From a virus: a stretch of 62,037 nt of DNA. Both the position numbers and the translations under genes were made by a program. Below are positions 15,865 to 23,012 of this stretch, piece after piece. The first letter of the stretch is position 1. The number at the start of each line of letters is the position of its first letter. The DNA is taken from the IMG/VR virus record IMGVR_UViG_3300027535_000001, positions 1-62,037 of that record. One strand, 5' to 3'. The notes below the pieces were generated by a model, which saw only the letters and a list, made by a program, of their open reading frames with translations, was not told the origin of the DNA and did not search any database.

Positions 15865-16251
15865 ATGACGTTGAGCACCCTTGAAGTGTTGGAACGCGCC
15901 CGCGCTGTCATCGCGCGCCCCGAGTATTGGTGTACGCACTATCGGGACAACGGCCAAGGCGCCCATTGCGCGCTTGGTGCGATCGATGTGGTGGTGCACC
16001 ACACGGACTCCGCCTACATGCCGGCGGTCAATGCTCTTTCGGCGCTTGCCGATACCACGATGGAGTACCCGACCATGCGGGTGGCGCAGCACAACAACAA
16101 TCACGACCACCCGCAGGTTCTCGCCTGGTTCGACGCCGCCATTGCGGCCGAACGCCAGCGTGTCGCTTCTCTCTTTGCCGGCTCCGACGATGCGCAAGCC
16201 GCGCAGGTGGAGGCGGCGATTGAGGCGCTGTTGGAACAGCCGGTCGCATGA
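15865..16251 (+). CDS. hypothetical protein (128 aa)
   Basis: AAAGGAG RBS. MTLSTLEVLERARAVIARPEYWCTHYRDNGQGAHCALGAIDV... Confidence 0.7.
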   Translation: MTLSTLEVLERARAVIARPEYWCTHYRDNGQGAHCALGAIDVVVHHTDSAYMPAVNALSALADTTMEYPTMRVAQHNNNHDHPQVLAWFDAAIAAERQRVASLFAGSDDAQAAQVEAAIEALLEQPVA

Positions 16252-16299
16252 GCTACCCAACGAGAGTATTCCTCGGGCAGCCGCCGTGGCAACGGGCTC

Positions 16300-16542
16300 G
16301 TGAACAAGGCCGGGTTCCGGTTCTCGTTGGGTTACGTCAGTCGTGACGGTGAAACTCGGCAAGCCATGACTCCGCAGGAGCTTGAGCATCTTTTCACCGC
16401 CCGCTATGGCACCGCGAGGTGGAAAACCCGTCTCGCGAAACGGCTGGGGGTGGACAAGTCGACCGTGTGGAGGATTCTCAAGCGCAAGCGAGTTCCCGGT
16501 CCGGTCGAGGCGGCGGTGAGGTGCTGGACCCGGCTACGCTAA
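16300..16542 (+). CDS. small HTH protein; start uncertain (GTG 16300 or ATG 16366)
   Basis: C-terminal HTH LAKRLGVDKSTVWRILKRKRVPG. Confidence 0.55.
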   Translation: MNKAGFRFSLGYVSRDGETRQAMTPQELEHLFTARYGTARWKTRLAKRLGVDKSTVWRILKRKRVPGPVEAAVRCWTRLR

Positions 16543-16579
16543 GAGGCTACGCCGGGCGAGCCCAAGAGAGGAAGCGCGC

Positions 16580-16708
16580 ATGACCAATTTTCCGCTCGTG
16601 AAGCGCCGTTGGTGGGTTCGCTTGCGCAACACTTACCGCATCTATCGCCGCATCGGCCAGACCCGATGGCAGGCGTTCCGCTCGGCTTGGTACATTACGT
16701 GGGCGTAG
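16580..16708 (+). CDS. Arg/Trp-rich basic peptide (42 aa)
   Basis: GAGAGGAAG RBS. MTNFPLVKRRWWVRLRNTYRIYRRIGQTRWQAFRSAWYITWA. Below the ORF-track cutoff. Confidence 0.4.
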   Translation: MTNFPLVKRRWWVRLRNTYRIYRRIGQTRWQAFRSAWYITWA

Positions 16709-16884
16709 ATGCTGTTCCTTCATGGCTCCGCTGGCCCCCCAACTGTTGCGAGACCTGCACCGGCCCTTGGGTTCGCATCGGTGATTGGAACGGGAAGTGT
16801 GGCAATGCGCTCTCCCTCAATTACGGCGAGCTGACCGACGCGCGGTTCAGGTGTCAGGACTTCGTACGAAAGGAAAATACATGA
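16699..16884 (+). CDS. Cys-rich small protein; start uncertain
   Basis: In-frame part of ORF 16609-16884. A GTG at 16699 overlaps the upstream stop. WPPNCCETCTGPWVRIGDWNGKCGN. Confidence 0.4.
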   Translation: MGVDAVPSWLRWPPNCCETCTGPWVRIGDWNGKCGNALSLNYGELTDARFRCQDFVRKENT

Positions 16885-17177
16885 GCCCTCTTGCTATCTT
16901 GCTTGGTACCGGCGCCGGTCTCGTGCTTGCCCTCACCGCGAGAGCCGCCGAGCCCCCCGCCTATCCCTGCCCCGACAAGGCGCCGTCATGCAAGATCATC
17001 ACGCTCACCCCCGAGGAGGAGCGCGCCTTGGTGGGGCCTAACCTCATCTTCGATACCGCCCAGCAGGGCCGGCCGCTCGATCTCATGCAGGCGATCGCCT
17101 ATTTCCGGCAGAAGATTTTGACGGCGCCGGCCGGGACTGTCGAGGTGCCGAAAGCGGAGCCGCCGCCAAAACCCTGA
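16881..17177 (+). CDS. secreted small protein (signal peptide)
   Basis: ATGA overlap at 16881. MSPLAILLGTGAGLVLALTARAAEPP has signal-peptide character. Confidence 0.6.
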   Translation: MSPLAILLGTGAGLVLALTARAAEPPAYPCPDKAPSCKIITLTPEEERALVGPNLIFDTAQQGRPLDLMQAIAYFRQKILTAPAGTVEVPKAEPPPKP

Positions 17178-17239
17178 TGGGCGCCTATTACAACGAGATC
17201 GTCCCGCAAGTCGCGGCGCAATTCATCCGCGCAACCCTA

Positions 17240-17273
17240 TTGACAACCGCTATCCGCTAGTGCTACCCACTAG
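17240..17273 (+). promoter_or_regulatory. candidate promoter with overlapping palindromic operator
   Basis: TTGACA at 17240-17245. Inverted repeat ctagtg (17257-17262) / cactag (17268-17273) sits where a -10 element would be. Confidence 0.35.
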
Positions 17274-17459
17274 ACGCTCGTCTGTCCCCACCCGCCTTCG
17301 CCAAGTGGCTACGGCGGGCAAGGCGAGCACGGCCGGACCCTTTCCCGTCCTGCAACGGCGTGTCCCCCCAAGGGTCCGGCCCTCCTCCTTCGCCAAGGCT
17401 TTGGAGGGCGAGCCACTTCAACTAGGCGGGCTTGTCCGCCGTAGCTTTAGCGAAGGCGG

Positions 17460-17708
17460 ATGGCCCGTCGCAAGCATCAGGTTGCCAAGTACCCGACCAG
17501 CATCGACGTTCCGTTCGATCTCAAGCGGGACTTGGATGCTATCGCCAAGAAGCTCGATCGCTCGCGCACCTGGGTGATGGTCCATGCGCTCAAGCAGTAC
17601 GTCGAGTATTTCAACACGCACGAGAGGAAGAAGAAAGTAAACACGCTGGTGGATCAGCCGGACGCTAATCAGATGAGCGAGCAGGATGGGCAAGCGGGAA
17701 CTGATTGA
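17460..17708 (+). CDS. ribbon-helix-helix (CopG/Arc-type) DNA-binding protein
   Basis: TSIDVPFDLKRDLDAIAKKLDRSRTWVMVHALKQYVEYF has the beta-alpha-alpha RHH pattern. Confidence 0.7.
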   Translation: MARRKHQVAKYPTSIDVPFDLKRDLDAIAKKLDRSRTWVMVHALKQYVEYFNTHERKKKVNTLVDQPDANQMSEQDGQAGTD

Positions 17709-17862
17709 CATTACGGCGCAAGTGCGCGGCGAAACCGACAAGGCGTGGCGGTTGTTCGATGGCGTGCGTACCGAGTGGGTGCCAAAATCGCAAGTCGAGA
17801 AGAATGATGATGGGACGTTCACCATGCCAGAATGGCTGGCAGCAAACAAAGGATTTATCTGA
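17686..17862 (+). CDS. hypothetical protein (58 aa)
   Basis: MGKRELIDITAQVRGETDKAWRLFDGVRTEWVPKSQVE... Overlaps the RHH 3' end. TGATG junction with the next gene. Confidence 0.5.
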   Translation: MGKRELIDITAQVRGETDKAWRLFDGVRTEWVPKSQVEKNDDGTFTMPEWLAANKGFI

Positions 17863-18077
17863 TGACAATCGGCGAAGATCGCGTACGCACCGAGTTCAAT
17901 CCGAGCGCCAATACGGTCGTGAACCAGATCAAGCAGAAGTCGGCCGAGTTGATCGACATCTGCGCAACCGCTGCTCCCGGCTCTCCGGGTGAGCAGCACC
18001 GTCTATACGCCCTTGCCATGACGGCTTATGAGGAAGCCGCCATGTGGGCCGTCAAGGCGGCCACCATCGGCAAGTGA
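17862..18077 (+). CDS. hypothetical helical protein (71 aa)
   Basis: Start MTIGEDRVRTEFNPSANTV at 17862. TGATG junction with the GT75-like gene. Confidence 0.55.
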   Translation: MTIGEDRVRTEFNPSANTVVNQIKQKSAELIDICATAAPGSPGEQHRLYALAMTAYEEAAMWAVKAATIGK

Positions 18078-19075
18078 TGAAAATCGCGCTTATCACGACA
18101 GTCATCCACGTTCCCGAAGTGTTGCGCGTCTATCGCGCGCATGACGCTTCCACGCGCTTTTTTGTCACGGGCGATCTCGCAACTCCATATGCGGCCGTCC
18201 GCGCTTTGTGCGACGAGTTGAAAAATGCCGTCTACCTCACTCCCGAGCACCAGCAAAATTGGCGCTCCTCCGACGTGTTCGGTTGGAACACCACCTGCCG
18301 CCGTAACATCGCTTTGCTTGAAGCTCTCAAGTGGGGCGCCAACGTCATCGTGACGGTCGACAACGATAATCTGCCAATGGGCCGCAATATCCTCAAATTC
18401 CGCCACTCGTTCGAGGACCACACGGGTTTGCGCGCCATCAGCGAAACCGGCTGGGTCGATCCCTATCGCCCGTTTGGCATCCCGCATCGCGGCTTTCCAT
18501 TCACCAAGTCGGCCCCCGCCGATTTTGAGTCAGTCGTCAACGCGAAGGTCGGTGTCGTTGCCGGCATCGTCATCGGCGATCCCGATATATCGGCCATCAC
18601 CCGCATCGCTCGTTCGCCTATCGTACATGCGGTAACCGAGCCGCTGCGGCATGGCTTTGTCGTACAGCCGAGCGCCTGGACGGTGTTCAACTCCCAGAAC
18701 ACCGCTTTCCTCCGCGAGCTGGCGCCCGCCATGATGATGATTCCCGGCGTTGGGCGTTACGATGATATTTTTGCCTCCCTGATCTGCCAGCGCGTCATGC
18801 GCGAGAAAAACCTTCACGTGCGTTTCGGCCCGCCGTTCGTATGGCAGCAGCGCAATCCCCACGACTTGATACAGGACTTGAAGGCCGAGATTTTTGGTGA
18901 GGAGCATGTGGTGGAGTTTGCCGAATGGCTCGATAGCCTGCGGTTTGCCGCCGACATGCAGAGCGTAGCCAAGATGGTGCGCTATATTTACGAGTGCATG
19001 CCTGATTGGATGCCGAGCGTAACAACGGAAGCGGGGGAGGCTTGGTTCCATGATGTGGAGTACGCGATGTCATGA
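18077..19075 (+). CDS. GT75 / reversibly-glycosylated-polypeptide (UDP-arabinopyranose mutase)-like protein
   Basis: Start MKIALITT. Blocks align with plant RGP: TVDNDNLP~IDDDCFV, HRGFPF~RGYPF, GDPDISAITR~NIPDYDAPTQ, GVGRYDDIFASLICQ~PIGRYDDMWAGWC. Confidence 0.6.
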   Translation: MKIALITTVIHVPEVLRVYRAHDASTRFFVTGDLATPYAAVRALCDELKNAVYLTPEHQQNWRSSDVFGWNTTCRRNIALLEALKWGANVIVTVDNDNLPMGRNILKFRHSFEDHTGLRAISETGWVDPYRPFGIPHRGFPFTKSAPADFESVVNAKVGVVAGIVIGDPDISAITRIARSPIVHAVTEPLRHGFVVQPSAWTVFNSQNTAFLRELAPAMMMIPGVGRYDDIFASLICQRVMREKNLHVRFGPPFVWQQRNPHDLIQDLKAEIFGEEHVVEFAEWLDSLRFAADMQSVAKMVRYIYECMPDWMPSVTTEAGEAWFHDVEYAMS

Positions 19076-19182
19076 TGTTGCGCACGGTTGACAAGTTGAT
19101 TCGCGTGGTTTGTGCTGGCGCAATATTGCTGCTTGTGTCCATCGCGCTGCTACCTTGGTTTACGGTGCTGCAATGTCATTGA
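19072..19182 (+). CDS. tiny hydrophobic peptide (36 aa)
   Basis: ATGA overlap at 19072. MMLRTVDKLIRVVCAGAILLLVSIALLPWFTVLQCH. Overlaps the MazG start. Confidence 0.35.
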   Translation: MMLRTVDKLIRVVCAGAILLLVSIALLPWFTVLQCH

Positions 19183-19556
19183 CCTTCGATGCGCTCCGCG
19201 AGGCAAACGTAACCCGTCTTCTCGAGCTGAAAGATAGCAAGGGCGAGAAGGCGCGAGAGCTATCTACGCCCGCGTGGTGCATGGCGGCGCTCGCCAAGTT
19301 TGGCCTGGTGGCTAATCTTCTCCATCAGGTGGATCGCGGAACTTACGAGATCGAGGATATCCGCCAAGAGCTTGCCAACGAGCTGGCGGATTGCGTTACT
19401 TACCTCGATATTCTTGCCTACAAGGCGGGAGTTGACTTGGGAGAGGCTACGGCCCGCAAATGGAACGCCACCAGCAAGCGGTCGGGTAGCGACTTAAGGA
19501 TCAGCTCCACCGGAGAAAGCGTGATCAGGCGCAAACTCAAGGGGCAAGAGGAATGA
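19173..19556 (+). CDS. mazG: MazG-like nucleoside triphosphate pyrophosphohydrolase
   Basis: Start MSLTFDALREANV. EIEDIRQELANELADCVTYLDILA is the metal-binding helix motif typical of all-alpha NTP-PPases. Confidence 0.7.
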   Translation: MSLTFDALREANVTRLLELKDSKGEKARELSTPAWCMAALAKFGLVANLLHQVDRGTYEIEDIRQELANELADCVTYLDILAYKAGVDLGEATARKWNATSKRSGSDLRISSTGESVIRRKLKGQEE

Positions 19557-19732
19557 ACGTGACATTGCGACCTAATGGCATTCCAGACGTGTATCTCAAT
19601 AGTCCGGGAGAGCGGTGCGACTTGGCAGAATTGGATAAGCACATTCGTGCTTTGCAAACAGCGAGACGGTGGCTGATGGCTGAACAGAACCAAGTAACGC
19701 AAGTACAAAAGACCGCCGAGAAGAAAAAATGA
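19553..19732 (+). CDS. hypothetical protein (59 aa)
   Basis: ATGA overlaps at both ends. MNVTLRPNGIPDVYLNSPGERCDLAELDKHIRALQ... Confidence 0.5.
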   Translation: MNVTLRPNGIPDVYLNSPGERCDLAELDKHIRALQTARRWLMAEQNQVTQVQKTAEKKK

Positions 19733-20952
19733 CTCGCGTCGCCATTGCTTTCTTGACCAAGGACAGGGTCGAATTGACCAAACAGTCGATCGTTCCGGTA
19801 TGCGACGCGCCGGTCGATATTTTTTTTGTCGATGGTTCCGAAACCCCGGAGGGGCGCGAGTTTCCGAGAAAATACTGCTTGCAGGAAAAGCGGCTTGAAC
19901 AGCTCGCCGAGCGCTTGGGCACCGTCGAGTTCCACGACGACATCAAGGGCGGCGCCGATGCGGCCGTGGCGTATGCGTTGACCAAGATGCTGGCTGATCC
20001 GCTGTACGACTATGTCGGCATCGTCGAGAGCGACGTACTGCTGGAACCGAGGTGGTTTGAGCTGACTATGGCGTTGTTCGAGGGGTATGGTGTTGGCGCT
20101 GTTTCGGCACGTTCGTATCGCGATCGCGTGCTGTTCCAGCGTGACGGTTATGCCGTGATGCACAATCTCGGCTACGGCATGGTCATCTGGTCGAGAAAGG
20201 CCGCCACACTGGCGCTTTCCCACTTCCGTACGTGTTGGACGCGAGAGAACCGCCGCGCATTTGCTCAACTGGCCGGCGTCGACATTGGCAAGTTCTGGGC
20301 TTTCCGTACTGGCGAGCACGAGTTGGTTAGCGATTGGAATTTGGATCGCGTCCTCGCGATGCACGGTATGGCAAGCCTCGCCCTCACTCCATCTCGTGCC
20401 AGCATGATCGGCCAGAACCTAGCCGAGCAAGGGTTAGAGTTGGTCACTTCCCCAGTCGAGGAACGCCGCGACGAGAAGGCGTTTCAGGTCTACAAAGACC
20501 ATTTGTGGATCATGCGCGAGCGACCGGTCGACAGTGCGATCCATTTTGATGTGGACAAGGGTTGGTTTTATTTCGCTCATCAGCTCGCCGATTACTTTCA
20601 CGGCGAGTGGTACCTGCACACATCGCAGGGCTTCGGCCCTTTCGCCTATCGCTCGGCCGCTCCCGGTGCCACCTTGGTCGCCTGGCTCGCCGGCCCGCTG
20701 ACGGTCCTGGCCGGCGGCCACGGGCAGATTGAAATTCTCGATACCAACAGTGCCTACCGCACGTCTCCGCCTCTCGATACCGACAGCATGATTGAGATCG
20801 CCGTCCCGGCCGGTATTTCGTACCGCGAGATCAGGATCACGGCCTTGACCAAGGGTGTGGGCATTTACGGCATCGGCACACGCGAGCAGCAGCTTCTCTT
20901 GCGTGGCCGGTCGTTTGATTGGAATCAGTTGCCCCCGATGGAGGTAGTATGA
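19729..20952 (+). CDS. GT-A-fold glycosyltransferase-like protein with unknown C-terminal domain
   Basis: 407 aa. N-terminal VAIAFLTKDR...FFVDGSETPEG...VGIVESDVLLEP resembles the GT2 Rossmann/DxD layout. The C-terminal ~190 aa are unassigned. Confidence 0.5.
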   Translation: MTRVAIAFLTKDRVELTKQSIVPVCDAPVDIFFVDGSETPEGREFPRKYCLQEKRLEQLAERLGTVEFHDDIKGGADAAVAYALTKMLADPLYDYVGIVESDVLLEPRWFELTMALFEGYGVGAVSARSYRDRVLFQRDGYAVMHNLGYGMVIWSRKAATLALSHFRTCWTRENRRAFAQLAGVDIGKFWAFRTGEHELVSDWNLDRVLAMHGMASLALTPSRASMIGQNLAEQGLELVTSPVEERRDEKAFQVYKDHLWIMRERPVDSAIHFDVDKGWFYFAHQLADYFHGEWYLHTSQGFGPFAYRSAAPGATLVAWLAGPLTVLAGGHGQIEILDTNSAYRTSPPLDTDSMIEIAVPAGISYREIRITALTKGVGIYGIGTREQQLLLRGRSFDWNQLPPMEVV

Positions 20953-21980
20953 AGCGCGCTCTTGTTCTTGGTGGCAACGGCTTTCTCGGCGCCCATATGG
21001 TTGCCCGATTGAGCAATGAGGGTTATGGGGTGCGCGCGGTTGGGCGCCATCGGCCGATTTTGGAGCAAACCGGATGGCGCTCGCCTGTAGCCGGCGCTGA
21101 TGAGTTCAACATTTGGGATTTGCGCCACCCGCCCATTCCCAAGAACTTCTTTGAGAATATCGACGAGGTGTACCAGTTCGCCAGTGAGTCCGGTGGTCTC
21201 GGCTACATCGAGAACCCCACCAACAGCGTCGACATCCTGACCAGTTCGATCCAGATAAACCTCAATGTTCTGGAGTGCTGTCGTCTCGCGGGTGTGCAAA
21301 GAATTTTCTTCGCCAGCTCGGCGTGCGTATACCCGGAGAAAATCCTCTACTACTACAACGCCCCCTACCCGTTCCCGCAAGCCAATGTCGCGCCGACCGA
21401 AGCGTCGGCTTATCCGGCGAATCCGCCCAATCCGTTCGGATGGGAAAAGCTGTTCGCCGAGCGCCTGTATGAGACTTACGCCAAGCATTTCAATATCGCG
21501 GTCTCGATCGGCCGGTTTGGCAACACGTACGGCCCCGGCATGCCATGGCAGGACCCGCGAGCGAAGGTCATCGGTGCGCTCATTCGCAAGGTGGTGGAGG
21601 CGACCGAGGCCGTGGACATCTGGGGTGACGGCATGCAGAAGCGGTCGTTCACCTATGTGGATGACGCGATCGAGGGTGCGCGGCGCATGATGCTGGCGGC
21701 TCAACCCGGCCCGCTCAACATCGCCAATGCCGCGACGGTGACGATAAACCAGTTGACCGACCAGCTCATCGCCATGTCGGGCAAGCGGCTGATGAAAAAC
21801 TACATTTCAGGTCCGACTGGCATGCGCGAGCGGGGCAGCGACAACTCGCTTATCCGCATGAAGCTCGATTGGGAGCCGTCGATTCCCCTAGCCGAAGGGC
21901 TTATTCCGACTTATCGTTGGGTAGAGGCGCAGATGGGGCTTGACATACTATCTACGAAGGCGCATACGGGCTCGGGATAA
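20949..21980 (+). CDS. GDP-mannose 3,5-epimerase-like extended SDR
   Basis: GGNGFLGAH Rossmann motif. FASSACVYPE, FGWEKL, IGRFGNTYGP, WGDGMQKRSFTYVDD and GSDNSLIRMKLDWEP align block-by-block with plant GME. Confidence 0.75.
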   Translation: MKRALVLGGNGFLGAHMVARLSNEGYGVRAVGRHRPILEQTGWRSPVAGADEFNIWDLRHPPIPKNFFENIDEVYQFASESGGLGYIENPTNSVDILTSSIQINLNVLECCRLAGVQRIFFASSACVYPEKILYYYNAPYPFPQANVAPTEASAYPANPPNPFGWEKLFAERLYETYAKHFNIAVSIGRFGNTYGPGMPWQDPRAKVIGALIRKVVEATEAVDIWGDGMQKRSFTYVDDAIEGARRMMLAAQPGPLNIANAATVTINQLTDQLIAMSGKRLMKNYISGPTGMRERGSDNSLIRMKLDWEPSIPLAEGLIPTYRWVEAQMGLDILSTKAHTGSG

Positions 21981-21994
21981 CCGAGGGACAGGTC

Positions 21995-22705
21995 ATGATT
22001 TTCAGCTATTGCCGGGTGAGCACCGCCGAGCAGGCGACCGACGCCTCCACTTCCTTGGAGACCCAGGAGCGCAAGAATCGCGCTATCGCGATGTTGCGGG
22101 GCTCGAATCCCTTTGACGTAGTGAACTACGTGGACGCGGGCGTGTCCGGCAGCATTCCGCTGAATAAGCGGCCGGCTGGCGCCCGCATGCTGGCGGATGT
22201 GAGCCGTGGCGACATCATAGTTTGCACCAAGCTCGATCGCATGTTCCGCTCGGCGATCGACGCCCTCATGACGATTGCGCAATTGCGGACAGCCGGCGCC
22301 CACCTGATCATGCTGGACGTGGGGACCGAGCCCGTCGGTACCAACGGCATCTCGCAGCTCTTTTTGACCATGCTCAGCGCTTTCGCCGAGTTCGAGCGCA
22401 CCCGCATTGCGGAGCGCATGGATGACGGTCGCCGCGCCAAGGCACTCAAGCAGGGCTGCCTTGGGGCGGTGCCGTACGGCTGGCGCAAGCAGGGTAGTGG
22501 CAAAGAGTCGCTGCTGGTGGAGGACGCCGACGAGCAGGCCGTCATCGCCCGTGTGCGGGCTATGCGGGAGACGGGGCGGCAGGGCGGTGAGCGCAAGCCG
22601 TACGGCATCGCGCAAAAGCTGACTGCCGATGGCATCATGACGCGATCGGGCAAGCCGTTCCGGGTGCCGCAGATACAGCGCATTCTCGAACGGGTGTCGG
22701 CATGA
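21995..22705 (+). CDS. serine recombinase (resolvase catalytic domain + partial 'recombinase' domain, no zinc-ribbon/coiled-coil)
   Basis: 236 aa. YCRVSTAEQ nucleophile motif, GDIIVCTKLDRMFRS, then GAVPYGWRK...IAQKLTADGIMTRSGKPF, as in the second domain of large serine recombinases. Confidence 0.85.
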   Translation: MIFSYCRVSTAEQATDASTSLETQERKNRAIAMLRGSNPFDVVNYVDAGVSGSIPLNKRPAGARMLADVSRGDIIVCTKLDRMFRSAIDALMTIAQLRTAGAHLIMLDVGTEPVGTNGISQLFLTMLSAFAEFERTRIAERMDDGRRAKALKQGCLGAVPYGWRKQGSGKESLLVEDADEQAVIARVRAMRETGRQGGERKPYGIAQKLTADGIMTRSGKPFRVPQIQRILERVSA

Positions 22706-22797
22706 TACGCGTGCTGATCCTTCTCCAGGTGATATCGCTGATCCTGTCCGGCTTCGTACTGTGGTACGCGATACGAATTTACCGGCGGGTGCAGTAA
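22702..22797 (+). CDS. tiny hydrophobic peptide (31 aa)
   Basis: ATGA overlap with the recombinase stop. MIRVLILLQVISLILSGFVLWYAIRIYRRVQ. TAATG junction downstream. Confidence 0.4.
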   Translation: MIRVLILLQVISLILSGFVLWYAIRIYRRVQ

Positions 22798-23012
22798 TGA
22801 CCAAGGCCGAGTTCGACGAGATGGCGAGAACGAACTGTCCGCATTGCGCGGCCGGGTTGGAAGTGCGCCAGCGGCTCGATACCAAAGAGTTCGTTCACGA
22901 CCATACGGCAGAAGGTTCGCACCGGCATACGATCTGCTGGTCGAACGGGATGCGGCAGTCGGAAGATAAGTTTGTGCCTTCACATGTTGCCACGCTGCCG
23001 AGCAGCGCATGA
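22797..23012 (+). CDS. hypothetical Cys/His-containing protein (71 aa)
   Basis: MTKAEFDEMARTNCPHCAAGLEVRQ...HRHTICW. ATGA junction with the TPR-GT gene. Confidence 0.5.
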   Translation: MTKAEFDEMARTNCPHCAAGLEVRQRLDTKEFVHDHTAEGSHRHTICWSNGMRQSEDKFVPSHVATLPSSA

